DNA from: Tetramitus jugosus
Lineage: Eukaryota; Protista; Heterolobosea
Direction of reading: 5' to 3'
Length of the DNA: 64,000 nucleotides
Assembly: GCA_937625935.1 (NCBI GenBank)
Contig: OW569359.1
Location: forward strand, 1 to 64,000
Program-made: the position numbers and the translations under genes
Notes under the pieces: generated by a model
What the model was told of the DNA's origin: nothing
Database searches by the model: none
What the model saw: the letters and a program-made list of their open reading frames with translations, nothing else
In this document: positions 20,404 to 31,741 of the stretch, piece by piece
Layout: each line of letters begins with the position of its first letter
Numbering within the stretch: the stretch's first letter is position 1

Positions 20404-21624
20404 TCACCAATCTCCATCCCTCACTGTATTTTTGTTATGGTACAAAGACTTCACCTGAGATGAAGAGAGTTGAATGGATGTGTCCTCCTGTTGTGGCCAA
20501 GCATACTTTTGTTTGTCAACCTGTTTCACAGATTTGACTTGATTCAACACATTGGACTGGTCAATGCTGCTCTGAGGGGATTCATTGTAAATATCGAACC
20601 ATGGATACCCATATGAAGAATAGGTTTGAGCTGTGATGGGTGTAGGAGGAGCCTTCTTACCCGTAATTTGCTCATACATTTCACTGTTGACTATTCTGAC
20701 GTAGACTCTTGCGAAGCAGGTTCTATCCCAGAATTGCAAACCATGTTCATCCTCACTAATCTCTTGCTTCATACTACCACCGGCAGACAGAGACATTTCC
20801 TTTGCAGGTTTGCTATCTCGACTTCGACTTTGTTTTTTCTTTGTCTGCTGTAGTTCTTGAGAATAAGGGAAAGACGCAGCAGATGATGATGACGATGAAG
20901 CACTCGTCAGACATGGCGCATTACAGTTTTCCAGGTATCCGCCATCGAGTTCGCACTCTTCATCTGTATCCATGGCACCGCCATAGAAACAACCGCTGGC
21001 AAATGCTGAGGGTGGAGCTCCTCCCTTGCCATTTCTTCCTCGAGTTGTATACACACGTACTGGATACTTTCGCACTCGTTCGTCCTCCTTACTATCGAAA
21101 ACAATCATTTGAATACCTCCAAATTTCTCCTCGCCTGTCACCTGCGCTTCCACACTATACCCTGATCCCAACGGCATTGCAACAAATTGTTTAATGGTTC
21201 CTTTGCCACCTGCATTGATACCATCGAGCCACGGTTGTCTCGGAATGGTAACGTAATCGTTTTCTTCCAATTGATTGGTCCATGGTTTACCATTGATTGC
21301 ATTCACTTTTCCAACTGCAATCTTGATGGCCTTTGGTCTATCAGTAGGGCACTGAAACTGCATCCACATTGCTTCTCTCTGATGCATCGGAAAGAATATG
21401 CCACCTGTTTTTTTCCAATCCTCTGGGACCTTGTCCAGATAATCATCTACTTTGCAAATGGGGAAATGTCCGAGTGAAGGAGGAAGTGGATAGACCTTGT
21501 CATCGTCTGGTATTCTCAATGTACGATGAAAGAGAATAGAGCATGAGTTTTGAGCGTTTCCAGGTTCAAAAATCTTGAGGTAGTCTCCTTCTGCGGTTAC
21601 CGAGAGTGATCTGTCAACTTTCAT
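20404..21624 (-). CDS. Conserved hypothetical protein (FHRTLRIPDD...QREAMW...QPWLDG...QFVAMPLG.GY.VE.Q family)
   Basis: 406-aa ORF with motif blocks I recall from an uncharacterised fungal/bacterial family. Confidence 0.8.
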   Translation of the reverse strand: MKVDRSLSVTAEGDYLKIFEPGNAQNSCSILFHRTLRIPDDDKVYPLPPSLGHFPICKVDDYLDKVPEDWKKTGGIFFPMHQREAMWMQFQCPTDRPKAIKIAVGKVNAINGKPWTNQLEENDYVTIPRQPWLDGINAGGKGTIKQFVAMPLGSGYSVEAQVTGEEKFGGIQMIVFDSKEDERVRKYPVRVYTTRGRNGKGGAPPSAFASGCFYGGAMDTDEECELDGGYLENCNAPCLTSASSSSSSAASFPYSQELQQTKKKQSRSRDSKPAKEMSLSAGGSMKQEISEDEHGLQFWDRTCFARVYVRIVNSEMYEQITGKKAPPTPITAQTYSSYGYPWFDIYNESPQSSIDQSNVLNQVKSVKQVDKQKYAWPQQEDTSIQLSSSQVKSLYHNKNTVRDGDW

Positions 21625-21822
21625 GATGTTGTACTATGGTGCAGTTGCTTTGGTTTTTTTGTTCTGATCTGTCCTGAAAAATAATTTGTTCCCTTTTATT
21701 TGTTCTTCGCCAGATCTCAAAAATCTGCACAGATTCTGTTCTTCCTTGGAACACGAAACATGCACGAAATCTGTGGATCGATCTTGGTGTTGGTTGAATG
21801 AATCGGAGAAACAAAGTCTAAA

Positions 21823-23376
21823 TTACTTTCTTAGCTGGGCACACTCTGCTTTGTGTCTCGGCCAGTCATCTCTCTGGCAATTGACACTGCAATAAAACAC
21901 GTGCTTGCATGCTGTGCATCTCTTGAGTGGAACAGTGCCGGATTGTTGTTTCTGGCAATTTCTGCATAGAGGAGTTGACAAGCGAGATAAATCGACTGCA
22001 GTGCCACTCTTCTTTCTTAGTTCAATCTTTTCCTTGACCAGTGCCTTTGATCCATCAGGTGAGCACAAAAACATGGAACTGTCCGACAGGTGATCTAAAT
22101 ACTTCTTCACGAGATACTTGTTCTCTTCCTCGGACTGTTCACCTTTTTGATACAACTCCTTGACAGGCTTCATCAAATTAGAAATTCGATCCGATAATTC
22201 TTCGTCTAATTCGCTGTCGTTGGACTGTTGCACCTCAATCTGCAAACGAAGATAGAATGGATCATTGTTCCAATCGACAGTCTCATTCAGAGCCGCTCTA
22301 AAGTAGCACGTGTTCAACAAAAAGTGACCTTGAGGTAATAAGTCGGCAGCCATCTTGTATGTTCGAGCCGAAGTTGAATATTGTTTCTGTTCTCTGTAAT
22401 TTCTAGCTAATAACCAGTGAAAGAATCCAATACTAGGAGCATCTACTATCGCACTTCTCAAAGCAACATACTCCCGTGCCAAACTCGGCGATTTGCCATC
22501 ATTGTCCCTTCGAGCAAATAAATGTTTCAACACGGAGATGCAAGCCGTATAGTAAGCAGCACCATCCAACCACTCACTCAAATCAGGAATCCAAAAACTT
22601 TGTCCACCGATTGAAACATTCACCAATTTTTCTTGATCCACCTTGCTATAGTGAAGCGATTCTTGTTCACTGAGCTTCTTCTTCTTTTTTGATTTCGTTT
22701 CGCCATCATTACTACCCAACATTAATAGCAAATGATACAACGTATGGAACTTGATGCTTTGATCACCACTCGATGATGCCGTCACCTGCTTCATCAGCTC
22801 TAATGCATGATCCAACTCCATTGCATTCTTTCTCTTGTAAATTCTGATTACAGTATCCGCTAAAATCTTTTGATCACTATTCGCATTGCTACTATTGTTC
22901 ATTGCCTGAACCGATTCCAAGTGCATTTCAATATTCAAGCGACCAAACAACAACTTTGTCAAATGATTGACCACTTGAAGTTGTTGAATCGATATATGAC
23001 ACACAGCACTACTCTTATCATCACCATCATTACCATCAACTGACTTGCATTCCACAGTCAACCCTGTTTCTTCTTCTGTTTCCTTCTTCATTTGATCCAT
23101 GACTCGATCAAAATCTTTCATGACATCACCTACTTTGGATAAGAAATCTGCCATGGATGTGCTAAACTCATTTTGTTTCTGCTTCTGATACAATTCAACC
23201 AATTGTGACAATGGAAACTCTGGTAGTGACACTAGGCCGAATGACACCAAGAGATGACATGTTTGGAACAAGTGAATAGTCTTGTGTGTTCTTTGATAAT
23301 GATCAAAACTTGTGAGAAACAAATTGTACAATTGTTGATTGTACAGGATGACTGTCGTCCAATGGATCTGATTCAT
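21823..23376 (-). CDS. MYND zinc-finger protein with helical-repeat region
   Basis: C-terminal CRNC...CTACKHVFYCSVNCQRDDWPRHKAEC. Confidence 0.88.
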   Translation of the reverse strand: MNQIHWTTVILYNQQLYNLFLTSFDHYQRTHKTIHLFQTCHLLVSFGLVSLPEFPLSQLVELYQKQKQNEFSTSMADFLSKVGDVMKDFDRVMDQMKKETEEETGLTVECKSVDGNDGDDKSSAVCHISIQQLQVVNHLTKLLFGRLNIEMHLESVQAMNNSSNANSDQKILADTVIRIYKRKNAMELDHALELMKQVTASSSGDQSIKFHTLYHLLLMLGSNDGETKSKKKKKLSEQESLHYSKVDQEKLVNVSIGGQSFWIPDLSEWLDGAAYYTACISVLKHLFARRDNDGKSPSLAREYVALRSAIVDAPSIGFFHWLLARNYREQKQYSTSARTYKMAADLLPQGHFLLNTCYFRAALNETVDWNNDPFYLRLQIEVQQSNDSELDEELSDRISNLMKPVKELYQKGEQSEEENKYLVKKYLDHLSDSSMFLCSPDGSKALVKEKIELRKKSGTAVDLSRLSTPLCRNCQKQQSGTVPLKRCTACKHVFYCSVNCQRDDWPRHKAECAQLRK

Positions 23377-23518
23377 AATGCTGTTCTTGTTTTCCTCTTA
23401 CTTGAGTTTTGATCCGTCTTGACAGGATTCTCCGAAAAAGTAAGTCCGGACAAGAAGGAAAAAATTTCACACCATCAGACCGGAATCGGATAAAAAAACT
23501 TGAGAAAAACAACAAAAC

Positions 23519-23764
23519 ATGTTTGGAGGAAAGAAGTGGGATCCAGTAGTGAATGAACATGCCAATCACAAGGGCAGAGTGAAACCTTCCAATCCTAAAT
23601 ACCTATTCATGGCACTGCTCATCTTCCCATTTGTCACCATTGGTCTACCCAAATTCTACACTCACATGCAATACAGAAGAGAACATCAAGATCAACAACA
23701 GCAACCACCACAACCACCACCACAACAAAACGAAGAAGAAGAAGAGGAACGACAACAACAATAG
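23519..23764 (+). CDS. Small single-TM protein, unknown function
   Basis: ATG after an A-rich leader; one hydrophobic segment YLFMALLIFPFVTIGL; Q/E tail. Confidence 0.5.
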   Translation: MFGGKKWDPVVNEHANHKGRVKPSNPKYLFMALLIFPFVTIGLPKFYTHMQYRREHQDQQQQPPQPPPQQNEEEEEERQQQ

Positions 23765-23875
23765 TAACAATACGCGAACAACAAAAACGAACAATAGCTA
23801 TTTTTTTTTTGGAGAAATTTTTTTGGTTTGTGATCACAAACAGTCTGCCCTTGCATGAACTAGCAAACTTGTCTT

Positions 23876-24829
23876 TCAAGGCCTTCTAGCAAACGGCTCA
23901 ATATCATTATAACAAGTATTAAACATCTTGTCCACCACTTGTTTTGCATCCCTGTTTTGACATGCTCTAGCAGCTCGAATCGATAGAGCAGCTCTTCTCT
24001 GAACACACTTTTGAAATCCGCCTACAATGGTCGAATCAACCGTCGTTCTTCTCCTCTCTGTTCCATAGTTGCACTCTCCACTCAGTGCAGAGGCACGAAT
24101 CTCTGCACATGCCAACTGTTCACAACTGTTCCAACTCACAATGGCTCTACAGTCGTCATATGCGTGAATCAACTCGTGCAACAACACATTTTCATCTCGG
24201 CCATATTTTTGCATGACATCTTCACACAGGATCACACCAGGTTTCTCTGTCAAGTGATCATATTGAGCATTACTCATTTGTGCTACATTGTTTCTATTCG
24301 TTGTCGTCATTGTTGTTGTTGTCGTCATTGTTGTTGAATCAGCATCATCGTTCGTCAATGGTGGTGGCTCTTCAATGACATTCTTGTGATTTTTTTTCAG
24401 TTGTTCAAAATGGTTGTCGTCAAATGATCCGAGCACATAGGCAGCAGAGATGCGAGGCGGATCATTTTCATTCTCTAGACATGGCGTACACCGAAAGAAT
24501 GGCTTCTTGAGCACGCATCCAATCCGTTCCATTTCACTCAACACAAAAAACACTTTTTCATCCTTGATTTGCTTCTTTAGGAAATCAATGCAATTTTTGT
24601 GAGCTTCATACGCGAGTTCGCTCTTGTCTTGAACTACTACTGGTGGTGATACTACTGCTGGTGATGGTGATGGTGATGATGTAACATTGCTTGTCGTGTT
24701 GCGGCTGCTAGTGTGATAATTGGTATTGATGGGTTTAGTGGTGGTGGTAGGAGTATTATTGTAGGATGAATAGTCTCCTCTTTTGACTTCTGGATAGGAC
24801 GATGATGTATTGTGGTTATTGGATGACAT
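23876..24829 (-). CDS. ATP23: Mitochondrial inner-membrane metalloprotease ATP23 (peptidase M76)
   Basis: HELIHAYDDCRA..W..CEQLACAEIRASALSGEC; CVQRRAALSI; CYNDIEPF. Confidence 0.93.
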   Translation of the reverse strand: MSSNNHNTSSSYPEVKRGDYSSYNNTPTTTTKPINTNYHTSSRNTTSNVTSSPSPSPAVVSPPVVVQDKSELAYEAHKNCIDFLKKQIKDEKVFFVLSEMERIGCVLKKPFFRCTPCLENENDPPRISAAYVLGSFDDNHFEQLKKNHKNVIEEPPPLTNDDADSTTMTTTTTMTTTNRNNVAQMSNAQYDHLTEKPGVILCEDVMQKYGRDENVLLHELIHAYDDCRAIVSWNSCEQLACAEIRASALSGECNYGTERRRTTVDSTIVGGFQKCVQRRAALSIRAARACQNRDAKQVVDKMFNTCYNDIEPFARRP

Positions 24830-25038
24830 GTTCAACTTGGAATGATTTCTTTCTTTCTCGAAATAATTTCACCGATTGAACTCTCATGGACGGACCTGAA
24901 CTTCAACAACAACAATTCTACGCTTCAACATAAATTTCACACCACCCAATAGCACCAATCCACCCAGCACAGCAACATCAGCTCACAACCATTATAGCTA
25001 TCAACAAATCACAAAACAACAACAACAACGAAAAAAAA

Positions 25039-25827
25039 ATGAATCCACCCAATCGATGCGTCATACACAACCACAAATCCAAACGTCTCACATACACTCA
25101 AGCCCTTCCCTTCTTTAAACAATTTCAAGACTACCTCTCCAATCAATTGGAACAAATGACTGATGAAGAAAAGTACGATGTTTCTTCACTTCTTCAAAAA
25201 TCAGACTTGTTCTATGAAGGTGTCGATAAGAGAGATAATTTGACTGGTTATGAACAATTGGAAGGTCAAATCTCTATTGTTCAAGCAATGACTCAAAGTA
25301 TTGAAACATGTGCCTCGTTTGAACAACAACAGAATCAACAGAATGGATCATCAACAACAACAACAACGATAACTCATCATAAAACAATGACATTGAAAGA
25401 GGATGATGATAGTGATGATGATGAAGAAGAGAGTGATAGTGAAGAGAGTGAAGAAGAAGAAGAAGTGAAAGTGGAGAAAAAGAATGTGAAATCGAAAAAA
25501 GTGGAAAGTGATGATGATGAGAGCTCTAGTGAAGAAGAAGAAGATGATGATGATGAAATGATTGCTGAGAGTGATGATGAAGTAAAGGAAGAAGAGAGTG
25601 ATAGTGATATGGAGGGAAGTGATGATGATGATAGCAGTAGCTCGGAAGATGAAGAATCGAGCAAGAAAAATAAAAAGACGACGAACAGCAAAAAAGTTGT
25701 TGCCGCGGCAAAGAAAGCTACAAAGAAAGCTACCAAGAAGGACACAAAGAAATCATCTTCAAAAATAACTAAACCATCAAAGATGAAGAAATCATCCAAG
25801 AGCAGCAAGACCAATAAAAAACGATAA
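25039..25827 (+). CDS. Acidic/lysine-rich low-complexity, probably nuclear or nucleolar protein
   Basis: 262-aa ORF: globular N-terminus, D/E/S tract, K-rich tail. Confidence 0.75.
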   Translation: MNPPNRCVIHNHKSKRLTYTQALPFFKQFQDYLSNQLEQMTDEEKYDVSSLLQKSDLFYEGVDKRDNLTGYEQLEGQISIVQAMTQSIETCASFEQQQNQQNGSSTTTTTITHHKTMTLKEDDDSDDDEEESDSEESEEEEEVKVEKKNVKSKKVESDDDESSSEEEEDDDDEMIAESDDEVKEEESDSDMEGSDDDDSSSSEDEESSKKNKKTTNSKKVVAAAKKATKKATKKDTKKSSSKITKPSKMKKSSKSSKTNKKR

Positions 25828-25899
25828 ATGATTGTTGTTGTATTGAATTGATTGTTTTTGTAAAGTTGTTTTACTTTAATTACAATGTTGTGAAGTTAG

Positions 25900-27894
25900 T
25901 TAGACAGTCGGAGTCGCAGGAGTTGGAGTTCGAGGTGTAGGAGACATCATTAGACCTTCCAATCTTCTTGGAAGTGGCATTTTTCGTGTTATTCTGAGAC
26001 CTTCGTTGTCAGACACTGGTGATCGTTCATAATGGGTGATATCGGAGAATGGAAGGTGCTGAGACTTTCTTCTCTTCTGGGATAGGTACTTGTTCATTCC
26101 TCTGTATATCAAAAAGGCAAAGAATGATGTAATGGTCAATAGGGCCATGATGAGTGCAGTGGTGGCCATGCGCGACATCTTTTGATACTCTTCGAGGTTC
26201 ATTAGTATTTGATGTTGTGAGTTCTGTGGCACTCTAGTTGAAGAGCCAAAGGTAACCCATGAAGTGAGACCGCCTCTACCATGAACCCTATCGCCGTAAG
26301 TTGAGAATGGATTTGCATACTCATCATTCAACTCAACCATCTGTAGACTTAAACCTGTCCACACAGTTGACAGTGTGTGAAGTAGTGGGAAATACACTCG
26401 AGTTTCACTCCTTGTTTCATCTCCTGACAATGTTAAGGAATCTCTCAAGTTGACGGTAGCGACCATTCCATGTCCATCAGAATTCGCAGCATACTTTTGT
26501 ATATTCTTTAGAGCTGTTGTAAGTTCCTTTGCCTTCTTGGTCAATTCTCTGCTGGATATACCTCGTAATCCTCTTTGTTTCGATAGATGATGGAGTGCCA
26601 TGGCTGTAGATGCTGTCATTTCGATGAGGATACTATTGGCACCTCGGGATGAAGTAATTCCGGAGAAGATTCTCTCGATTCCATCTTCGTCTACTTGACT
26701 TTCCGCACTCTTGTACGCATTGCGAAGTACCCACTTGATTGCCTTGACATTTCGATCCTTCTTATCATCTGCATCACTCAACACCTTCCATACCTGGCAA
26801 TTGACATTCATGATTTGAACATTGATGGAGTCATCTTCGGACGATGTATCAGCTGTTCCGGTCATGTACGCTCCTTCCACTTCGTTATACATGTTTGAAA
26901 TGAAGAGTTCACAATGTTTCATCATATCCTTCCATCTCACATCCTTTGTCCATGAATAGAGCAGTCTTGCCGCAGAAAAAAAGGCAATATTGTGCTCCGT
27001 CGATCTGTAATATAATCGACTTGACTCATCATCTCCTTTAAATCCTGCACTGTATCCTCCTAACACTCCGGAAGCAACCTTCAAATTATTCTCAATGAAA
27101 TTACCAATTTCAAGAGCTCCCTTCAAGTATTTGTAATTCTGCTGAGGATTGATAGAATAGTATCTACAAAGAGCAATCATCACGAATGCTAAATCGCCAG
27201 TCAAAGTATCTGGTCGGACAGCTGTTACAACCGTGTCCTTGGAACGTATAATGGCATAAGATGATCTCAACCGACCGAAATCTCGAGTTCTCTTCTCCAG
27301 TTGATTCCCTGCCACATTTCTTGTTCCAGAATTGATGTTGAGATCATCGCTGTTGAGTAACAAAAGAATCGAATCGAGTATACTCTGAGAAGAATCAAGT
27401 TGACCTCTCTGAATCAAGTACAGCGCAGTCATACTCGCGTCATAGATATCTGACCTCAGTCCAATACTCACTCCAAGGTAAGAATTTTGATGAACGTTGC
27501 TGATTCCAGTAGGAACATAATCCCAACCAGATCGATACGATTGAGGTAAATGTATGGATCCAGTCTTTGCAACGAACATGATGGGAGAGGTCCCCTGAGT
27601 CCTTTCATTGGCTTGTTGGTTCACGAGAAGCGAAGGATTCAATTGATCTTGGACAAAGGTGTCAAGGCATTGTAATACTCGAAGTGTATCACTCTTTTCA
27701 GTACTCTGACATCCGATGCGCTTGAACATGAGAGATTGCAACTGGATAGAGGAAGAACTCGGTAAATATTGAGACAGTAGATTTTGAGGCAGTGCTCCTT
27801 GTTGTCCTTGACACACAACAGCCGCGGAGAATGCAGCACAGATCCAACAAATGGACAAGATCAACATCTTGATCACAACAATGGTACTTGTCAT
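25900..27894 (-). CDS. Type I membrane protein with six-hairpin-glycosidase-like ectodomain
   Basis: Signal peptide; YDASMTALYL, TGDLAFVMIAL, STEHN, CQVW, EMTA motifs; C-terminal TM ALIMALLTITSFFAFLIY followed by basic residues. Confidence 0.7.
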   Translation of the reverse strand: MTSTIVVIKMLILSICWICAAFSAAVVCQGQQGALPQNLLSQYLPSSSSIQLQSLMFKRIGCQSTEKSDTLRVLQCLDTFVQDQLNPSLLVNQQANERTQGTSPIMFVAKTGSIHLPQSYRSGWDYVPTGISNVHQNSYLGVSIGLRSDIYDASMTALYLIQRGQLDSSQSILDSILLLLNSDDLNINSGTRNVAGNQLEKRTRDFGRLRSSYAIIRSKDTVVTAVRPDTLTGDLAFVMIALCRYYSINPQQNYKYLKGALEIGNFIENNLKVASGVLGGYSAGFKGDDESSRLYYRSTEHNIAFFSAARLLYSWTKDVRWKDMMKHCELFISNMYNEVEGAYMTGTADTSSEDDSINVQIMNVNCQVWKVLSDADDKKDRNVKAIKWVLRNAYKSAESQVDEDGIERIFSGITSSRGANSILIEMTASTAMALHHLSKQRGLRGISSRELTKKAKELTTALKNIQKYAANSDGHGMVATVNLRDSLTLSGDETRSETRVYFPLLHTLSTVWTGLSLQMVELNDEYANPFSTYGDRVHGRGGLTSWVTFGSSTRVPQNSQHQILMNLEEYQKMSRMATTALIMALLTITSFFAFLIYRGMNKYLSQKRRKSQHLPFSDITHYERSPVSDNEGLRITRKMPLPRRLEGLMMSPTPRTPTPATPTV

Positions 27895-28092
27895 TGTTAG
27901 TTAGTCAACCGATCGATTTTTCTGTTCTGAGATAAGTGAAACTGTTTTTATGTGAAGCTCCCACCCAAAGAAATATTGTTGATCAAGAAAAATCGGATCC
28001 GAAGAGTCGTTGTATTTTTTGAATCTTTTATGGATGTTGCGCAAAGATTCTGCCTGCTGTCTTGACATTGAAAGGGAGGAGATACACTTTGC

Positions 28093-29458
<1,366 letters not shown>

Positions 29459-29585
29459 CTAAACCAAAAAAGGATGTTTGTTTGTTTGTTTCTTGTGGTT
29501 GTTTGTTTGTGGAACAATGTTGGTGTTCTGTTGCAGTCTTTTTTCGTTTGTTTTTTTTTGTCACACAATGTCAGAATGTCGCGTG

Positions 29586-29651
29586 TCAGACAAAAGGGAA
29601 ATCCTTGTCGGAGTAATGAGGCCAGAGTGCAATGCTCAAAGTGATCATCAT
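29586..29651 (-). ncRNA. Candidate box C/D snoRNA
   Basis: ATGATGA (box C) ... CCGA (D') ... CTGA (box D) in 66 nt of GC-richer intergenic sequence; terminal stem weak. Confidence 0.3.
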
Positions 29652-30147
29652 CGCTCATGTGGAGGCATTATCAACTAACGCTCTGAGCTAAAGCCATGAA
29701 GTAACCTATCCTCGATCAAGCCCACAAGAAAAAAATTGTTGTTGTTGTTTTATGTTTGGAATACATTGAATTGGCAAAGAAAATCACAAAAATCACAAAA
29801 AGAGACAAGAACTTGCTACAACGAACTTCAGAAATACAAAGAACCACAACCTTACGCGGCAACATCCATGTAACTCCACTGCTTAAGTGTTGATGGAAAA
29901 GTGCGACGAAGGGAGTCAAAACAGTTCAACTTCATTTTATTGTTGGGTGACTCTTCTCAGATGAGTCACCCAATAATGAGCTTCCGCAGTATTCGCAGTT
30001 CAGCTTGTTCAAAACAAGTGTGTGGTTTTGGAGTCAAACTCCTGACATCCACCACATCAACACAATTAACAGAATGATCGACCTGAAAATGGGATTGGAT
30101 TCGAAGTCTTTGTATCCAAGTTTTCAACAATGACACCTTGTAATAAT

Positions 30148-31441
30148 TTATTCTTCATTGGTGTTGCAAATGATTGCAACATCGCAAAAGTGTTTGTGTA
30201 GTGATGTATGATACAATTTGAGTGACATCTCGTTGTTCAAGCTAACAGAATAGATACGTTCTTCAGCTTGAGACGAAGCCAAATAGAGAAAGAAAAAGAA
30301 ATGAATTCCGTCAACAACCACAGATTCCTTTGGTTGAAAAATGGAAGCAAAGTTCACTTCCATTTGAATACGAGAGTTGAACACATTCCAGTGCAATGTC
30401 AAGCAATCCAGGATATAAAATAAGATCTCTTTTGTTGAATCGCTCTCTCTCAATACCATAATCTTCGGTTGGGAACCTTTGATGACGACCGTTGTATTCA
30501 TGTCATTGGGTGCCGTTCCAGTTGCTGTCACTCTCTGCCAACCTTTTCTTTGCTTGCTGAGATCAAAAAACCACATATCATCAATTATTGCACCACATGC
30601 GCCTCGTCCACCATACATTAGCAACTTTTGCTGACTCGCCAAGTGAACCAAGGTTGGATTGACTCGTCCAATGGGCTTAACAACAGAATTCAATTTAAGC
30701 CAGGACTTGGATCGAATATCAAAGCGATAGAGAGTATTGAAATATTTGTTGTCTGCTTCATCGAATCCACCAAACACCACTAAACAAGGTCCTCCACCCT
30801 CATTGCTCGCATCAGAATCATCATCAGCCAAGTCAACGAAACCCTCCATACCAGAAATTTCGGGCTCTCCCAACCGTTCCATAGATGCGCAATACTCTAA
30901 ACCTGGGTGGTCACCTCCACATTTACCTCGAAGTGCATCAGCGCCATCAATCGGTTCAAGAGAGTGCCACTCATTGTCCTTCGAAGGATCAAACTCGAGA
31001 ACGCCCTGAACTGAAGAATTGTATATGTTTGCATAGATTCCAAACATGCCTTCAGATCCTCCAAACCAATACGCTCTTCCATCGCCACCAGATACAATAG
31101 CGTGTGATCCTCTTTTGACATATCAATAAAGGACAAAGTGAGCTCGGAGCCAATACGTAGTGCACTCATCATGAATGCTCTCATAGTAGGATACAGAGTT
31201 CTGAATTGTTTACTTACTTTCCAATTGCGGCAAATTGTTCCATATCAAAATCTGCCACTTTAGACCATACTTTGTTCTCCATGTCTAACTTATGGAGCCT
31301 TCCAAGCCCTTTCAGAGCATCCGAGAAGAACCAAGAGCTTCCACATTGGTAACTATGAGATGGTGCTGAAGGATACTTGTCCTGACTTGGAGTCATTGTA
31401 TCCCAGTTCTCAAAATCCTTGGAACGATCCACCACCTTCAT
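30148..31441 (-). CDS. Kelch-repeat beta-propeller protein, probably with short introns near 31100-31216
   Basis: YWFGG, VVFGGFD, LMYGGRG...DMWFFD kelch motifs; GTAAGT donor near 31216; exact exon structure unresolved. Confidence 0.7.
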
Positions 31442-31741
31442 TTTATGTGATTACTGTGTTACTGTGATCTCGCTGTCCTTTTTTGGATCTTTTATGTTTT
31501 GTCGTTTTACGCAGAGAATGATCTAGTTCTAAGTATTACATTTCTTTTCGAAGGACGGTCCTTCAAAATTTCGATGCAGCCAAGAAAGGAACAGAAAAGA
31601 TTGTGAACTTCTGATTCACGAGCAAAGTATGCCCTTGTCCTGTTCGTTCAGAATATCACATCTGTAAGAATTGCTACAAATTATTTACTCTTCAATTAGG
31701 AACTTCTCTGACATGGAGAACGTTAGCTTCGGAATCAATGG

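Noticed and set aside
25377-25814. Antisense Ser/Phe-rich ORF and similar shadow ORFs in large genes
   Set aside because: Mirror of low-complexity or codon-biased sense genes
29581-29860. U3 snoRNA or U1 snRNA (GAGGA, GAGCGT, TGATGA, CTGA; CATTGCACTC)
   Set aside because: No box A/A' 5' domain or terminal stem for U3; no ACTTACCTG 5' end or Sm site for U1
29988-30002. U14 domain A-like TATTCGCAGTT
   Set aside because: No domain B or properly placed C/D boxes
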